NCBI GenBank assembly: GCA_963664705.1
Contig: OY761556.1
Location: forward strand, 5,152,001-5,216,000
Source: Acidobacteriota bacterium
Lineage (GTDB): Bacteria; Acidobacteriota; UBA6911
Length of the DNA stretch: 64,000 nt
Direction: 5' to 3'
A program made the position numbers and the translations under genes. Of this stretch, positions 1 through 9,058 are shown piece after piece; position 1 is the first letter of the stretch, and every line of letters begins with the position of its first letter. The notes beneath the pieces are model-generated. The model was given only the letters and a program-made list of their open reading frames with translations. It was not told the DNA's origin and ran no database searches.

Positions 1-694
1 TATCGCCATCGGTAAACCATGCCCTATCGGTGCCACTCGGAGAAATATAAAATCCCAGATTGCTTATGGTTGCCCGCGTGGTTCCCGCCAACGCCTTACT
101 TGCCAGAGTCAGCGTCGAGCCTCCGAGCGTCAGCGGAAGATCCGTCCCCGTCCCGCCCGCGTGGGAGCCGATAATAAAGGAATCGCTGCGCGCCCCGAGA
201 AGCAGGGTTTGGAAATTATTCGAGTTCGCGGGGGATAAATCCGCATTGCAAATATCAATCCATGCAAGTCCGGTAGCCTCATTGCCACCAGTACCGTTGG
301 GCATGATGTCGAGCGCGGTGGGAGAATTTGGAACGGTGGAACGGAAATACGGAACACCCCACGTTGCAACGTCCGTACCCCTCCCGGTAAGTTGCCACGT
401 ATTGGCGTTGCCGGAAAAGGCAAAACTCTGCGCCTGCGCGACTCCCGCAACGTCGAGCGTTTGCACGGGCGTCGTCCCTATGCCGACGCGCCCATTCGCC
501 AGATCCAGCGTAACCAGTGATCCATCCGCTCCAGCCAGTTCCTGTAGGTAGGATTTGTCTCCATCGGTTTTGATTAGCAGCGACTTCGCGCTGGCAGTCG
601 TGTCCTGAAGAGTCAGTGACGGCGCGGTATTCTGCACCACAAGATTCGCGGCGAAGGTGCTCGGCTGGACGCTATTCGGGTAGGAAATAGGCAT
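1..694 (-). CDS. Putative tail fibre / receptor-binding protein, 3'-partial (not in ORF track)
   Basis: ATG at 694 reads MPISYPNSVQPSTFAANLVVQNTAPSLTLQDT...NGRVGIGTTP... and stays open to the window edge; the GxVGIGT motif is typical of fibre proteins; located in the tail module. Confidence 0.7.
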   Translation of the reverse strand, partial: MPISYPNSVQPSTFAANLVVQNTAPSLTLQDTTASAKSLLIKTDGDKSYLQELAGADGSLVTLDLANGRVGIGTTPVQTLDVAGVAQAQSFAFSGNANTWQLTGRGTDVATWGVPYFRSTVPNSPTALDIMPNGTGGNEATGLAWIDICNADLSPANSNNFQTLLLGARSDSFIIGSHAGGTGTDLPLTLGGSTLTLASKALAGTTRATISNLGFYISPSGTDRAWFTDGD

Positions 695-696
695 CG

Positions 697-903
697 CTAC
701 TCCTTGACAGGATCAACTATTCCAGGAACTTCCTTTTGAACGGACTCATATTTAGCTTTGAGCTCATCCCGTTCTGATTCAACGACATTATAATGATCAA
801 TCAGAGCACGCATCTGTTTTTGCAAAAGTGCAATCGATACATCACGGTCAACAATCATTTGAAGGTAATCTGACTGTTCAATCTTTATTGCGTCTAGATC
901 CAC
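697..903 (-). CDS. Small coiled-coil phage protein
   Basis: 68 aa, AGGAG Shine-Dalgarno (SD), heptad-rich, packed between tail genes. Confidence 0.65.
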   Translation of the reverse strand: MDLDAIKIEQSDYLQMIVDRDVSIALLQKQMRALIDHYNVVESERDELKAKYESVQKEVPGIVDPVKE

Positions 904-913
904 GTTTTATCTC

Positions 914-1315
914 CTATGCTATCTGTACAAGGGCAATTCCCGTTTCACTTCTCGCTATCTCCGATGACTGATCCCATCCCCCCTCGAACCTTACCGTATA
1001 GCGCCCGGTCAACGTGACTCCTGTCGGGTCATACGTAAAATTTGATTCATATGGGTCGTAAAAGTAGAAGGGCTGATGAGATCCTTTTCTTGCGTCATAA
1101 AAATCGCGCAATGCCTCGAGGGCATCTATGGGAAGCCTTTTCGAGAGTTTCCACCGTTTTCTGCTATCTTCGGCAAGAAATTTCCTATCCGATGATCCAT
1201 CTTTATACAGTCCAACGATCGTGGGAATTTCCCTTGTATGCACAAACGCCTTGGATAAACTGAGCGGCAAAACAGTACCGGCTGTCACGGATGCGCTTGA
1301 AACACTTCCTGGCAT
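914..1315 (-). CDS. Distal tail protein (gpM / DUF2460-like)
   Basis: Directly follows the tape measure gene; LRDFYDARKG..PFYFYDP and VRF motifs. Confidence 0.7.
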   Translation of the reverse strand: MPGSVSSASVTAGTVLPLSLSKAFVHTREIPTIVGLYKDGSSDRKFLAEDSRKRWKLSKRLPIDALEALRDFYDARKGSHQPFYFYDPYESNFTYDPTGVTLTGRYTVRFEGGWDQSSEIARSETGIALVQIA

Positions 1316-1322
1316 ATTTAAC

Positions 1323-4300
1323 CTAAGATGTCAGCACGCCTGGACTTAGCTGCAGTGCTGCAAGCTCGCGCCTATTAAAATTAGACCGGGAGGCATTCAG
1401 GGAAGCGCTTTGTATCACACGCGGATTCTTTTTCACCGCGCTTACAGCCTGACCTGTCAGAAATTTTACCGTTGCCTCCGCGTCGAGCTTTAGCGTTGTA
1501 TTTCCGCCTCCGCCAGACTGATTGCTGCCTCCACCTGATTTCATCGTGCCAAACAGGCGCCCGAAGAAGTCCTGAGCCTGGATGAACCCGGCATTTTCCC
1601 GCGCCGGCGTGACTCGCTCGCCTTTGTGAATAAAGGCCAGCATGTCACGAGGAACAAATGCCGTTCCGATCGCATAGCTCGGGATCGCTCCACCAAGACC
1701 AGGCTGCGCAGTTCCGTTATAGTAGGATGTGGCCTGCCTGAGATTTCCACCGCTTTGAATGAGTGTTGAAGGCGTCTTCACTTGTGGCAGTTTCGCCGTA
1801 CTCTGGCCATAGCTTAAAGCGTACAGGCGCACCAGGTCTGCAACCTGCTGGCTGCGAACGGCCATGTCGAGATTTCCGCCGAAGGATTCCTTTGCCATTT
1901 GGACAATCTGGGACAAGACCTTCTTGTCGCCGATATCCACTCCATACGTGGCTTTAACCTTCTGCTTTACTTTGTCCTCTGCAGATTTCATGAAGAGGCG
2001 GACCAGGCCGGCACCGAGGCCAATCGCACCGCCGATTGCCGCTCCAAGAGGACCGCCATACTTGAAGCCGATCATGGCGCCGCCGGCAGTCGTCATTGCA
2101 AGGCCGGAGGCGCCGCCTCGCTGCAGTCCCATCATTGCGAGCGTAACGCCGCCCATCAAAGCTGCATTGGATTTGCCGAGAGCTGAGAGCTTGCCGCCGA
2201 GGGACAATTGGCCGAATGGAAGCTGCGGCCCCATAAATCCGGACTTACCGGACATTCCAAGGAAAGACTTAAGACCGGAGAGTCCTCCGCCATTATTCAA
2301 CATGCTGCCCAAGCCCGATGATTGCCCACCGCCGCCATATCCTCCAGTAGAACTCGGAAGGAATGGCGGAGTTCCGCCGGGTCCCATTCCCGGGATCCCA
2401 AAACCACCGCCACCGGATCCGCCGAATCCTCCGCCGCCACCCATCGGGAACATGCCGCCGAGAATCCCACCAATTACCAAACTACCACCACCCGCTCCTG
2501 CTGCAGCGGCTCCCGGCATCCTGGAGCCGCCGAACATCTGCATCATCATGCGAGCCACATTCGACGTCACCACTTCCTTGATCGCCGTGAGCATGGCGGT
2601 CTTGAACGCGTCTCCGATTGCGCTCCAGACCGACTTCGATTTCGTCACGAGTGCATCAAAGACTCCTTCCGCCTGAGACTTGAACGACTGGAACATTTCG
2701 CGGTTTTTGTCCCTGACGATTTCCATTTGACGGATAGCCGCGTTTTCCTTCGTCGAATCGATCGCGTCTTTGGTTTGTTCCCCGATCTGTCCTTTTATCT
2801 GCTCGCGCTGTTTTTGCAGCTCGGCAATCATGCCGCTGATTCGCGTGGTATCAATTCCAGCCTGCGCAAGAACTTCCTTTTGCATATTCAGCTGCAGAAG
2901 GATCTGCTGCGTTTCAGCATCGAACAGCCTGGACTTAATTTCGTGGACCTGCTGCAGGTACTGAACCTCTATGCTTGCCTTCTGAGATTCGAGAGCGATC
3001 CTGTTTGCAACTTCGCGCTGCGGGTTGATTTCGAATCCCTGGCTCTGCTGGAGATCGACTTTGCGGAGAGCGGCGTCCCTGGACATCTGCACGCGTTCCA
3101 GTTCGAACTCGGTCATCTGGCGGGAATTATCATACTGCTGCCTGGCAAGGTCTCTTTCGTAGTCCGTGCGCTTCTGGTAGTTCTGCGCGGCCGCCTCCAT
3201 CGCCTTCAGCGCTGTGTCGCTGATTTCCTTGCGCTGCTTCTCGGCCGTTTCGCGCTGATAGGCCTGGATTCTCAGCTGTAACGCCCGCTCCAGATCCGCT
3301 TCGGCCTCCTTGCTCAACTTCACCTTTTTCCCGACGCCATTCTCATCGATGTAGGTCGTAAGCTTTTCGTGCTCCTTTGCAACATCCATGATGGCCTTAA
3401 CGGGAGCACTGAACATTGCCTCCTCGGCAGAGATGCGGAAATCACGAGCTGCTCGAGTGGAATCTAGAATGAACTTTTTTATCTTGTCTGTTTCTGATTC
3501 GTCGAGGATCGGGATATCGAGGCCACTGCTTCCGGTTTTGATATCCTGGCCCAGCCCTTTGACGCGGGAGAACCGATCGGAACCGAAATCTGGTATCTGT
3601 TGCCCACCCGTCACGGCAAAGCGAGCTTCGGATTCCGAGACTCCGGATTTGAGCACCTGGTCGAGAGTCTTGCCGGATTTGAATTGAGCCAGAATAGCAG
3701 CCTGCTTGTTCGCCGCCTCGAGGCCCCTCACGAACTGTAGATTTTTCTGGTGCTCGTTCCACAGGATCACGCCAAAAGCGGCCAGCCCTGCAGCAGCCAG
3801 GCCCCATGGATTAGCAAGTGATGCCGCATTAACGAGACCGATGCCTAAGGCCAACTCTCGTGCGGCCGCAGCTAACTTTAAAACCTGGCTGACAAGCGCA
3901 TAGCCGACAATCCACATGCCAAGATTCTTTGTCCACTCAGCGACATCCTTCAGGTAAGAAGATAGCTTCTGCAATCCGCCGTCTTTTACCCATTGCACGG
4001 CGGCATTGGAAAATTCGATCATCTTGGGAAGCAGTTCCTGAGCGACATTTAGCGCCAAGCCCTCAACTGACGTTTTCAGACGCTCGATGTTGTCGTTGAC
4101 AACTTCGGCATCTTTGGCCAGCTTCTGGTCAAACACAATCCCGAGCTGCTTACCCTCCTCGGCCATCTCCCGGATCGCAGAGCCGCCGGCATTCAAAAGC
4201 GGAATCATTTCCTGTCCGGATCGACCCATTACTTTTATGGCGAGGGCTGTCTTCGTGGCTCCGTCGGGCATCTTCTCAAATCGGTCAGCCAGGTCCTCGA

Positions 4301-4793
4301 GGACGGACCCGACCGGGCGCAGACTTTTATCCGCGTTCTGGTATTCAACTTTGAGCGCGGCGAAGTGCTTGCGCTGTTCCTTGGATCCTGAGGCCGCGTC
4401 CAGCATGCCAACAGACAATTTCTTGAGCGCGGTCCCGAGCGTTTCCGTATCGACGTCGGCAAGCTTTGCCGCATACCCATAGGCTGTCAGTTCCTTTACG
4501 GTGACGCCATACTTTTGGGACATCTTCCCCATCTGGTCCGCGTGTTCAAGGGCTCCCATCGTGAATTGCTTGAGCATTCCGAAGGCCTGCTTCGCCATGT
4601 CATAAAGAGCATTGCCGGCAAGCACGCCCTTTGTCATGGAAGCCGTCATGCCATCGAACGATTTGGAAGCGCTGACAGTAACCTTGGCCGCCTGCTGCTC
4701 GATGGATGAAAGCCCTTTGTTGATTCCAGAGGTTGCAGCATTCGCCTGCTTCGGATCGATCTGGATAACAAGCTCGAGCTTATTGTCGGCCAT
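1323..4793 (-). CDS. Tail tape measure protein
   Basis: 1156 aa, Ala/Gly-rich helical, GRSGQEMIPLLN motif, C-terminal PSYAIGT..VP..LAFIHKGERV; follows the chaperone genes. Confidence 0.92.
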   Translation of the reverse strand: MADNKLELVIQIDPKQANAATSGINKGLSSIEQQAAKVTVSASKSFDGMTASMTKGVLAGNALYDMAKQAFGMLKQFTMGALEHADQMGKMSQKYGVTVKELTAYGYAAKLADVDTETLGTALKKLSVGMLDAASGSKEQRKHFAALKVEYQNADKSLRPVGSVLEDLADRFEKMPDGATKTALAIKVMGRSGQEMIPLLNAGGSAIREMAEEGKQLGIVFDQKLAKDAEVVNDNIERLKTSVEGLALNVAQELLPKMIEFSNAAVQWVKDGGLQKLSSYLKDVAEWTKNLGMWIVGYALVSQVLKLAAAARELALGIGLVNAASLANPWGLAAAGLAAFGVILWNEHQKNLQFVRGLEAANKQAAILAQFKSGKTLDQVLKSGVSESEARFAVTGGQQIPDFGSDRFSRVKGLGQDIKTGSSGLDIPILDESETDKIKKFILDSTRAARDFRISAEEAMFSAPVKAIMDVAKEHEKLTTYIDENGVGKKVKLSKEAEADLERALQLRIQAYQRETAEKQRKEISDTALKAMEAAAQNYQKRTDYERDLARQQYDNSRQMTEFELERVQMSRDAALRKVDLQQSQGFEINPQREVANRIALESQKASIEVQYLQQVHEIKSRLFDAETQQILLQLNMQKEVLAQAGIDTTRISGMIAELQKQREQIKGQIGEQTKDAIDSTKENAAIRQMEIVRDKNREMFQSFKSQAEGVFDALVTKSKSVWSAIGDAFKTAMLTAIKEVVTSNVARMMMQMFGGSRMPGAAAAGAGGGSLVIGGILGGMFPMGGGGGFGGSGGGGFGIPGMGPGGTPPFLPSSTGGYGGGGQSSGLGSMLNNGGGLSGLKSFLGMSGKSGFMGPQLPFGQLSLGGKLSALGKSNAALMGGVTLAMMGLQRGGASGLAMTTAGGAMIGFKYGGPLGAAIGGAIGLGAGLVRLFMKSAEDKVKQKVKATYGVDIGDKKVLSQIVQMAKESFGGNLDMAVRSQQVADLVRLYALSYGQSTAKLPQVKTPSTLIQSGGNLRQATSYYNGTAQPGLGGAIPSYAIGTAFVPRDMLAFIHKGERVTPARENAGFIQAQDFFGRLFGTMKSGGGSNQSGGGGNTTLKLDAEATVKFLTGQAVSAVKKNPRVIQSASLNASRSNFNRRELAALQLSPGVLTS

Positions 4794-5076
4794 CGTCCGC
4801 CCCGTTTTTCTCGTTTTCGAACTTACTCACTTCTTCCTCGATCACTTTCATTGCTTCGAATTCGTCGCTGCTGATATCGTCGAGGTCCATATGAAATCCG
4901 AACTTGAGAGCCGTTTTTATCTCGACGGCTCTCTTTATCAGTTGCCCGAGCTCCGTTGCCTGCGCCGCCTCCAGGCTGTCCAACGGGCAGGTAGCTCTGG
5001 CGTCCTCATGCGGACAGCCAATCTTACGATCGCAGAGCTGGTCCCGCCTGAAGCCCCAGTACACCAGGTAGCGCAC
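4780..5076 (-). CDS. Tail assembly chaperone extension (gpT-like), probably made by -1 frameshift
   Basis: Lies in the -1 frame of the upstream ORF and is open from the slippery heptamer at 5112-5106. Confidence 0.75.
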   Translation of the reverse strand: MRYLVYWGFRRDQLCDRKIGCPHEDARATCPLDSLEAAQATELGQLIKRAVEIKTALKFGFHMDLDDISSDEFEAMKVIEEEVSKFENEKNGADDGRQ

Positions 5077-5102
5077 CGAAGGTTCATCGGGCCATCTCTC
5101 CG

Positions 5103-5720
5103 CTAAAAATTTACTTCCGCACTTCCAAGGGCGGCTTCACGCGCTCTGAGGAGAGCAAGAACAACAGCCTGCTTGTGCACAATCGGGACAATATCGCCCG
5201 CGTATCCAGTGGCCGTCCTCTTGAGCTTGTCGTAAAGATCGCCGGCCGTCGACAGGCTGAAGGACATCACCTGTTTATTCTGCTGGCTCCTGACGGATGC
5301 AAACTGTTTGTCGTAAGTGAATTTTTCCTTTGCGGTCGGCAAGCGCAGTTCGTGCGCAGTTTTGATTCCGCCCGGCGCCGTCAGCGGGACAGAGACCTTC
5401 TCGCCGTCAAACGCAGCTTCACCCATCGAGCTGGAGGTGATTTCCTCAATGATCCGGTAGGCTTCGTACTCGTCAACGTCCGGGCCTTCGCCCATCCTCA
5501 GAATTTTGTTGATGAGTTCAGCGTCGGCCGGATCCGGGTCCTGATCTACCGTCTCCTGGATCCCGCGCCCAAGGTTCAGCGTCACGACCTTGATGCGTCT
5601 TCCGCGCTCAATCAGTTCCTCATCCGTGGGAAATCGAACCGTGATTGCCTTGATGGACCCGTCGGGCAGTTGTGCCTTGATAGAAATCTGCTGATTTACA
5701 TCGAAGAGTTTTTCAGACAT
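5103..5720 (-). CDS. Tail assembly chaperone (gpG-like)
   Basis: Between tail tube and tape measure genes; ends ...GTA AAT TTT TAG. Confidence 0.8.
   Translation of the reverse strand: MSEKLFDVNQQISIKAQLPDGSIKAITVRFPTDEELIERGRRIKVVTLNLGRGIQETVDQDPDPADAELINKILRMGEGPDVDEYEAYRIIEEITSSSMGEAAFDGEKVSVPLTAPGGIKTAHELRLPTAKEKFTYDKQFASVRSQQNKQVMSFSLSTAGDLYDKLKRTATGYAGDIVPIVHKQAVVLALLRAREAALGSAEVNF
5106..5112 (-). promoter_or_regulatory. -1 programmed ribosomal frameshift slippery site A AAT TTT
   Basis: X XXY YYZ heptamer immediately before the stop; the -1 frame reads LAERWPDEPSVRYLVYW into the next ORF. Confidence 0.8.
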
Positions 5721-5752
5721 TGCGCGCCTCCCTGTGCGCTCCCAGGAGTAAT

Positions 5753-5805
5753 GCGCGGCAGGCCAGCGGGAGACTGACTCTTCGGCCCATGGAGCCTAGC
5801 CGCGC
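5753..5805 (-). ncRNA. Candidate cis-acting three-way-junction RNA
   Basis: GCGCGGC/GCCGCGC outer stem enclosing hairpins GGCTC-CAT-GGGCC and GTCAG-TCTCCCG-CTGGC. Confidence 0.45.
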
Positions 5806-5827
5806 GATGGTTCGCTAAAATGTCGGG

Positions 5828-6868
5828 CTATGCTTCTGCTGCGGTGATCCCGTCCAGACCGCACTTTGCGACTACGGTCAAAAGCTTGTTTGTGGAGTGC
5901 CACATAGGTAGACACTTTACATTCACGACAACGATTCCGTTCTCTCCGCCCCTCTCAACAAGCTGAAATCGGATCCGCTGATATGTAAGCTGCAGGCTGT
6001 TATTGGCATTATAGGTAAAGGAGATGACCGCGGTGCCTTCGGTCTGCGCTTTCATTTTCGTATATTCCGCGGAATCGTGCTGGAGCCGGGCCGTGAAATC
6101 GAGTTCGCACACCTGGTCTCCCACTTCCATGCGGCCACGTACGGCGCCGGAAGTCGCGTCACCCGCTGTCTGAAATCCGGATCCTGGATAAAATCCGCCG
6201 TCAAGCATCAGGTTGTTCTTCCAGGACGCGGTCCCCTTGACGATGTCTTTGGATGTCACGTAATCGACACCGTTGATTGTCAGGGCAAGCGATGATGAAG
6301 GCAGGAGTTTTTCCGCTACGGCGGCGGGAATCGTAATCAGGGAAGGTTCAACGTGTCTGCCGGACCCGACGATTTCGGCCGACAATTTGCTGTTTGCCCT
6401 TCCCGGACCGCTGCCAAATTCCAGAGTCCATCCATTGACCGCACAGCCTACAGCCATTCGGTCGACGATTGAGTTCTCCCCCGGACGCATCTGCTCAACG
6501 TGGCTGAAATAGGGGAGTTCATCCCCATCGGCCGGAGGATCGAGCGGATTAATGGTATAAATCCAGTTGGGCGTGGTTCCGGATTTGACAACCTTGCCGA
6601 GACCGTAGGCCAAAACCCAGGCTGCCCATTCCGCGCTCAGATATTTCTCCATCTGACCTTGGACATCCCACGAGACGTTAAAAGAATTTTCTGCGAAAGG
6701 ATGTCCCTTGCCGAGCTCCTCAGCGTCGTTTTCCGTGTTGAGCTTCGGCTCCATGCCGGATGAGTTCAATTTATTCATTCGGATCATGCCGGCTGCTGTG
6801 TTGGCTGTCTCGATATCGGCCTGTTTGTTTTTGCCGAACGCGACAAGAATTTCTCTTTCCCTGGCCAT
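5828..6868 (-). CDS. Major tail (tube) protein
   Basis: 346 aa, beta-rich, located between terminator and chaperone genes; AGGAG SD. Confidence 0.8.
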   Translation of the reverse strand: MAREREILVAFGKNKQADIETANTAAGMIRMNKLNSSGMEPKLNTENDAEELGKGHPFAENSFNVSWDVQGQMEKYLSAEWAAWVLAYGLGKVVKSGTTPNWIYTINPLDPPADGDELPYFSHVEQMRPGENSIVDRMAVGCAVNGWTLEFGSGPGRANSKLSAEIVGSGRHVEPSLITIPAAVAEKLLPSSSLALTINGVDYVTSKDIVKGTASWKNNLMLDGGFYPGSGFQTAGDATSGAVRGRMEVGDQVCELDFTARLQHDSAEYTKMKAQTEGTAVISFTYNANNSLQLTYQRIRFQLVERGGENGIVVVNVKCLPMWHSTNKLLTVVAKCGLDGITAAEA

Positions 6869-6880
6869 TTTTTGGTTCTC

Positions 6881-7333
6881 CTATTTTTCGTTGAAGCTCA
6901 ACAGAAGGGTGTAGTAATCGATCCCGTTCTCGTCGCTCTCGCGCCGGAGCTCCGGGAGATCGACGCCGAACGGATCGCAATCGTCCACAACGTCGATATT
7001 GCAGATCTCAAGGCCGACGCTCTCCGGCTTGCCTTCACTGATGAGTGCGGCAATAGATGCGTAGTCGGCTACAGAACTTGGTCGGATGATGACGAGGATG
7101 TCGTGCCTGTAGGTTGCAAAATCGCCTCGAGACGCTCGGGCGCGCGCCTGGAACGCGAGCATCACTGACGGAGTAGATTGGTCGTATATGGCCTGCTGCA
7201 GGCTGATTGATTGCGGGTATTCATCCTTGTAGGCAAATATGCGCGTCTCATCATCACCCAAGGCTTTCACCAGGTCCGGGATATCTCTGAGGAGAAGGAT
7301 CAAGGCATCAATAATGTCGTTTGTATCAACCAA
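6881..7333 (-). CDS. Putative tail terminator protein
   Basis: 150 aa, acidic, directly upstream of the tail tube gene. Confidence 0.6.
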   Translation of the reverse strand: MVDTNDIIDALILLLRDIPDLVKALGDDETRIFAYKDEYPQSISLQQAIYDQSTPSVMLAFQARARASRGDFATYRHDILVIIRPSSVADYASIAALISEGKPESVGLEICNIDVVDDCDPFGVDLPELRRESDENGIDYYTLLLSFNEK

Positions 7334-7859
7334 GATTTATCCCCGTGCTCTTTGTGACGGCGAGCCGCTTGAGGCGCACGCCCAAAATCCGCTTCGCTAT
7401 TTCCATCACGTCTTGTTTATTAATCGGAGAAAAGACAAGCCACGGCTCGCGCTTCTGATTGGCCCAGGCGACGTCCTTATTTGTGAGCATCCGGAATTTC
7501 CCGGTCCTCACGCCCTTTTTTTTGATTTCAACCGTGCGCCATTTTTCCTGTCGCGCATCCGCTCCGACACTTGCGTAGGCTCGATTCTCACCTACAGTGC
7601 GCAGCTTCAGACTCGAAAGCATCTGCCGTGATGCACTCAGGTTGCGCCGGTTACCAAGTCCCTTGCGCGTCTTCCAGATTGCATATCGCTTCGTCAGCGG
7701 TTTCGCTGGACCGTCTCCCGGGCCCTGTGCTGCAGCCAGGCGCTTAAAAACGCTCAATAGGCCCGTGGATCCTATCTGCACCATCTCCGACTGGGGAACG
7801 GAGAGATGGTCAATCGAGAGTTGTTTTTTGACCCACAGTCGCACTGATCCGCCGGCCAT
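7326..7859 (-). CDS. Putative tail completion / neck protein
   Basis: 177 aa, basic, PLTKRYAIWK..NLSAS.QMLSSL virion-morphogenesis-like motif; synteny. Confidence 0.6.
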   Translation of the reverse strand: MAGGSVRLWVKKQLSIDHLSVPQSEMVQIGSTGLLSVFKRLAAAQGPGDGPAKPLTKRYAIWKTRKGLGNRRNLSASRQMLSSLKLRTVGENRAYASVGADARQEKWRTVEIKKKGVRTGKFRMLTNKDVAWANQKREPWLVFSPINKQDVMEIAKRILGVRLKRLAVTKSTGINLG

Positions 7860-8188
7860 TACTCCACCGCCCTGTCTTTTCTCAGAAGCAATGTAATGCC
7901 GCCGGCGGCGTCCTCCGGCTTGTCCACGATCTTGTAAACGGTCGTGGCCGTGGAGATTTCATCTCCCTTTGCCGGAGCCGGGTCGACGGTTCCCTCCTGG
8001 ATCCACAGCTCCATGTAGGTGCTGTCCTCACCGGGCGCGGATTGTTCCAGCCTGGCGCCCGGATCGGGAATACCCGTGATAGGAACCGGATCCACCGGTG
8101 CCCCTTCAGGCGCGGAAGTGACACGCGTGAAAAGAAACTCCTGCCCGAAAACAACTAGGCAGGAGTCATTGAGCGATGAAAAGTCCAC
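7859..8188 (-). CDS. Head closure / head-tail joining protein (gpFII-like)
   Basis: 109 aa, PAKGDEI...YKIV...DAAGGITLLL pattern; synteny. Confidence 0.65.
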   Translation of the reverse strand: MDFSSLNDSCLVVFGQEFLFTRVTSAPEGAPVDPVPITGIPDPGARLEQSAPGEDSTYMELWIQEGTVDPAPAKGDEISTATTVYKIVDKPEDAAGGITLLLRKDRAVE

Positions 8189-8194
8189 GGTTCT

Positions 8195-8560
8195 CTATCC
8201 TTGAATGAGCATAACCGGAATGGTCGTGGTAGCTCCGGATTCGACGGCACCGAGAGCTTTCCCGAACAAATGCCCGGTTGTCTTCTTAGACAGTTTGGGA
8301 GTGTCCGCATCGACGTAATAAATCTTATCTCCCTTTGCCACCGCGCTATTCCCGGATCCGTTGACCCCTTTCACGGACAGGTTGAAGACTCCCTCCGTCG
8401 CGATCGTGGTATCCGCGGACGCGTTTCCGCCTTCTCCCTCTTTTGTTACTGCAACGCCGGCAATCTCTCCGACCCGGACTGGATCGCCCGAAGCCGGAGT
8501 CGCAGGATCACTCGCCGCAGCGTTGATATACTTTCCTTCCTGCACAAAGTTTTTTGCCAT
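8195..8560 (-). CDS. DUF2190 capsid cement protein, copy 2
   Basis: MAKNFVQEG, SGDPV, GVAV, TEGVF and GDKIY motifs. Confidence 0.85.
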   Translation of the reverse strand: MAKNFVQEGKYINAAASDPATPASGDPVRVGEIAGVAVTKEGEGGNASADTTIATEGVFNLSVKGVNGSGNSAVAKGDKIYYVDADTPKLSKKTTGHLFGKALGAVESGATTTIPVMLIQG

Positions 8561-8608
8561 GATTTGCTGCTCCTGTTGTGGACCGAAATGAGTTTTGCCG
8601 CTGCGCTG

Positions 8609-8980
8609 CTATGCCTGAATGAGCATCACGGGGATTATGTCCTCAAGCGCGGTAGGATCCCCCAGATCAACGGTTCCAAGCGCTTTTCCGTACAGAACGG
8701 TTCCCGATGAATTCTTGTTGAGAATGCCACTGTCGTAGTAAAGCTTGTCTCCCTTTGCCACTGCGGCTGGGTTCGTACCGTCGCTGCCGGTTACGTTTAA
8801 ATTGAATACGCCCTTGGTGGCGATCGTGCATTCTCCGGACGCGTTTCCGCCCTCACCCTCCTTGGTGACGGCGACGCCCGGAATCGTTCCAACCACTACC
8901 GGATCCCCGCAGGCGGGGGTTGCCGGATCGTCGGCGGCCGCATTGATGAATTTTCCGGCCTGCACGTAATTCTTTGCCAT
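8609..8980 (-). CDS. DUF2190 capsid cement protein, copy 1
   Basis: MAKNYVQAG...TKGVF...GDKLY; clear paralog of the downstream gene; ATG at 8980 chosen by homology. Confidence 0.85.
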   Translation of the reverse strand: MAKNYVQAGKFINAAADDPATPACGDPVVVGTIPGVAVTKEGEGGNASGECTIATKGVFNLNVTGSDGTNPAAVAKGDKLYYDSGILNKNSSGTVLYGKALGTVDLGDPTALEDIIPVMLIQA

Positions 8981-8993
8981 TTTCGATTCCCCC

Positions 8994-9025
8994 AAATAGA
9001 AAGGCCCGGACGGACTCCAGGCCTT
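8994..9025 (-). terminator. Terminator-like hairpin after the capsid gene
   Basis: AAGGCCTGGA-GTCCG-TCCGGGCCTT followed by TCTATTT. Confidence 0.55.
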
Positions 9026-9058
9026 CGGTTAAAGCCGGACAATGTTCGTCAATACGGG

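Noticed and set aside
2200-2530. Gly-rich low-complexity stretch as a separate repeat, or Pro-rich plus-strand ORF 1864..2676
   Set aside because: Part of the tape measure coding sequence; the plus-strand ORF is its shadow
8195-8980. RecA/RadA recombinase label often given to this family
   Set aside because: No P-loop; size and position after the capsid indicate cement proteins
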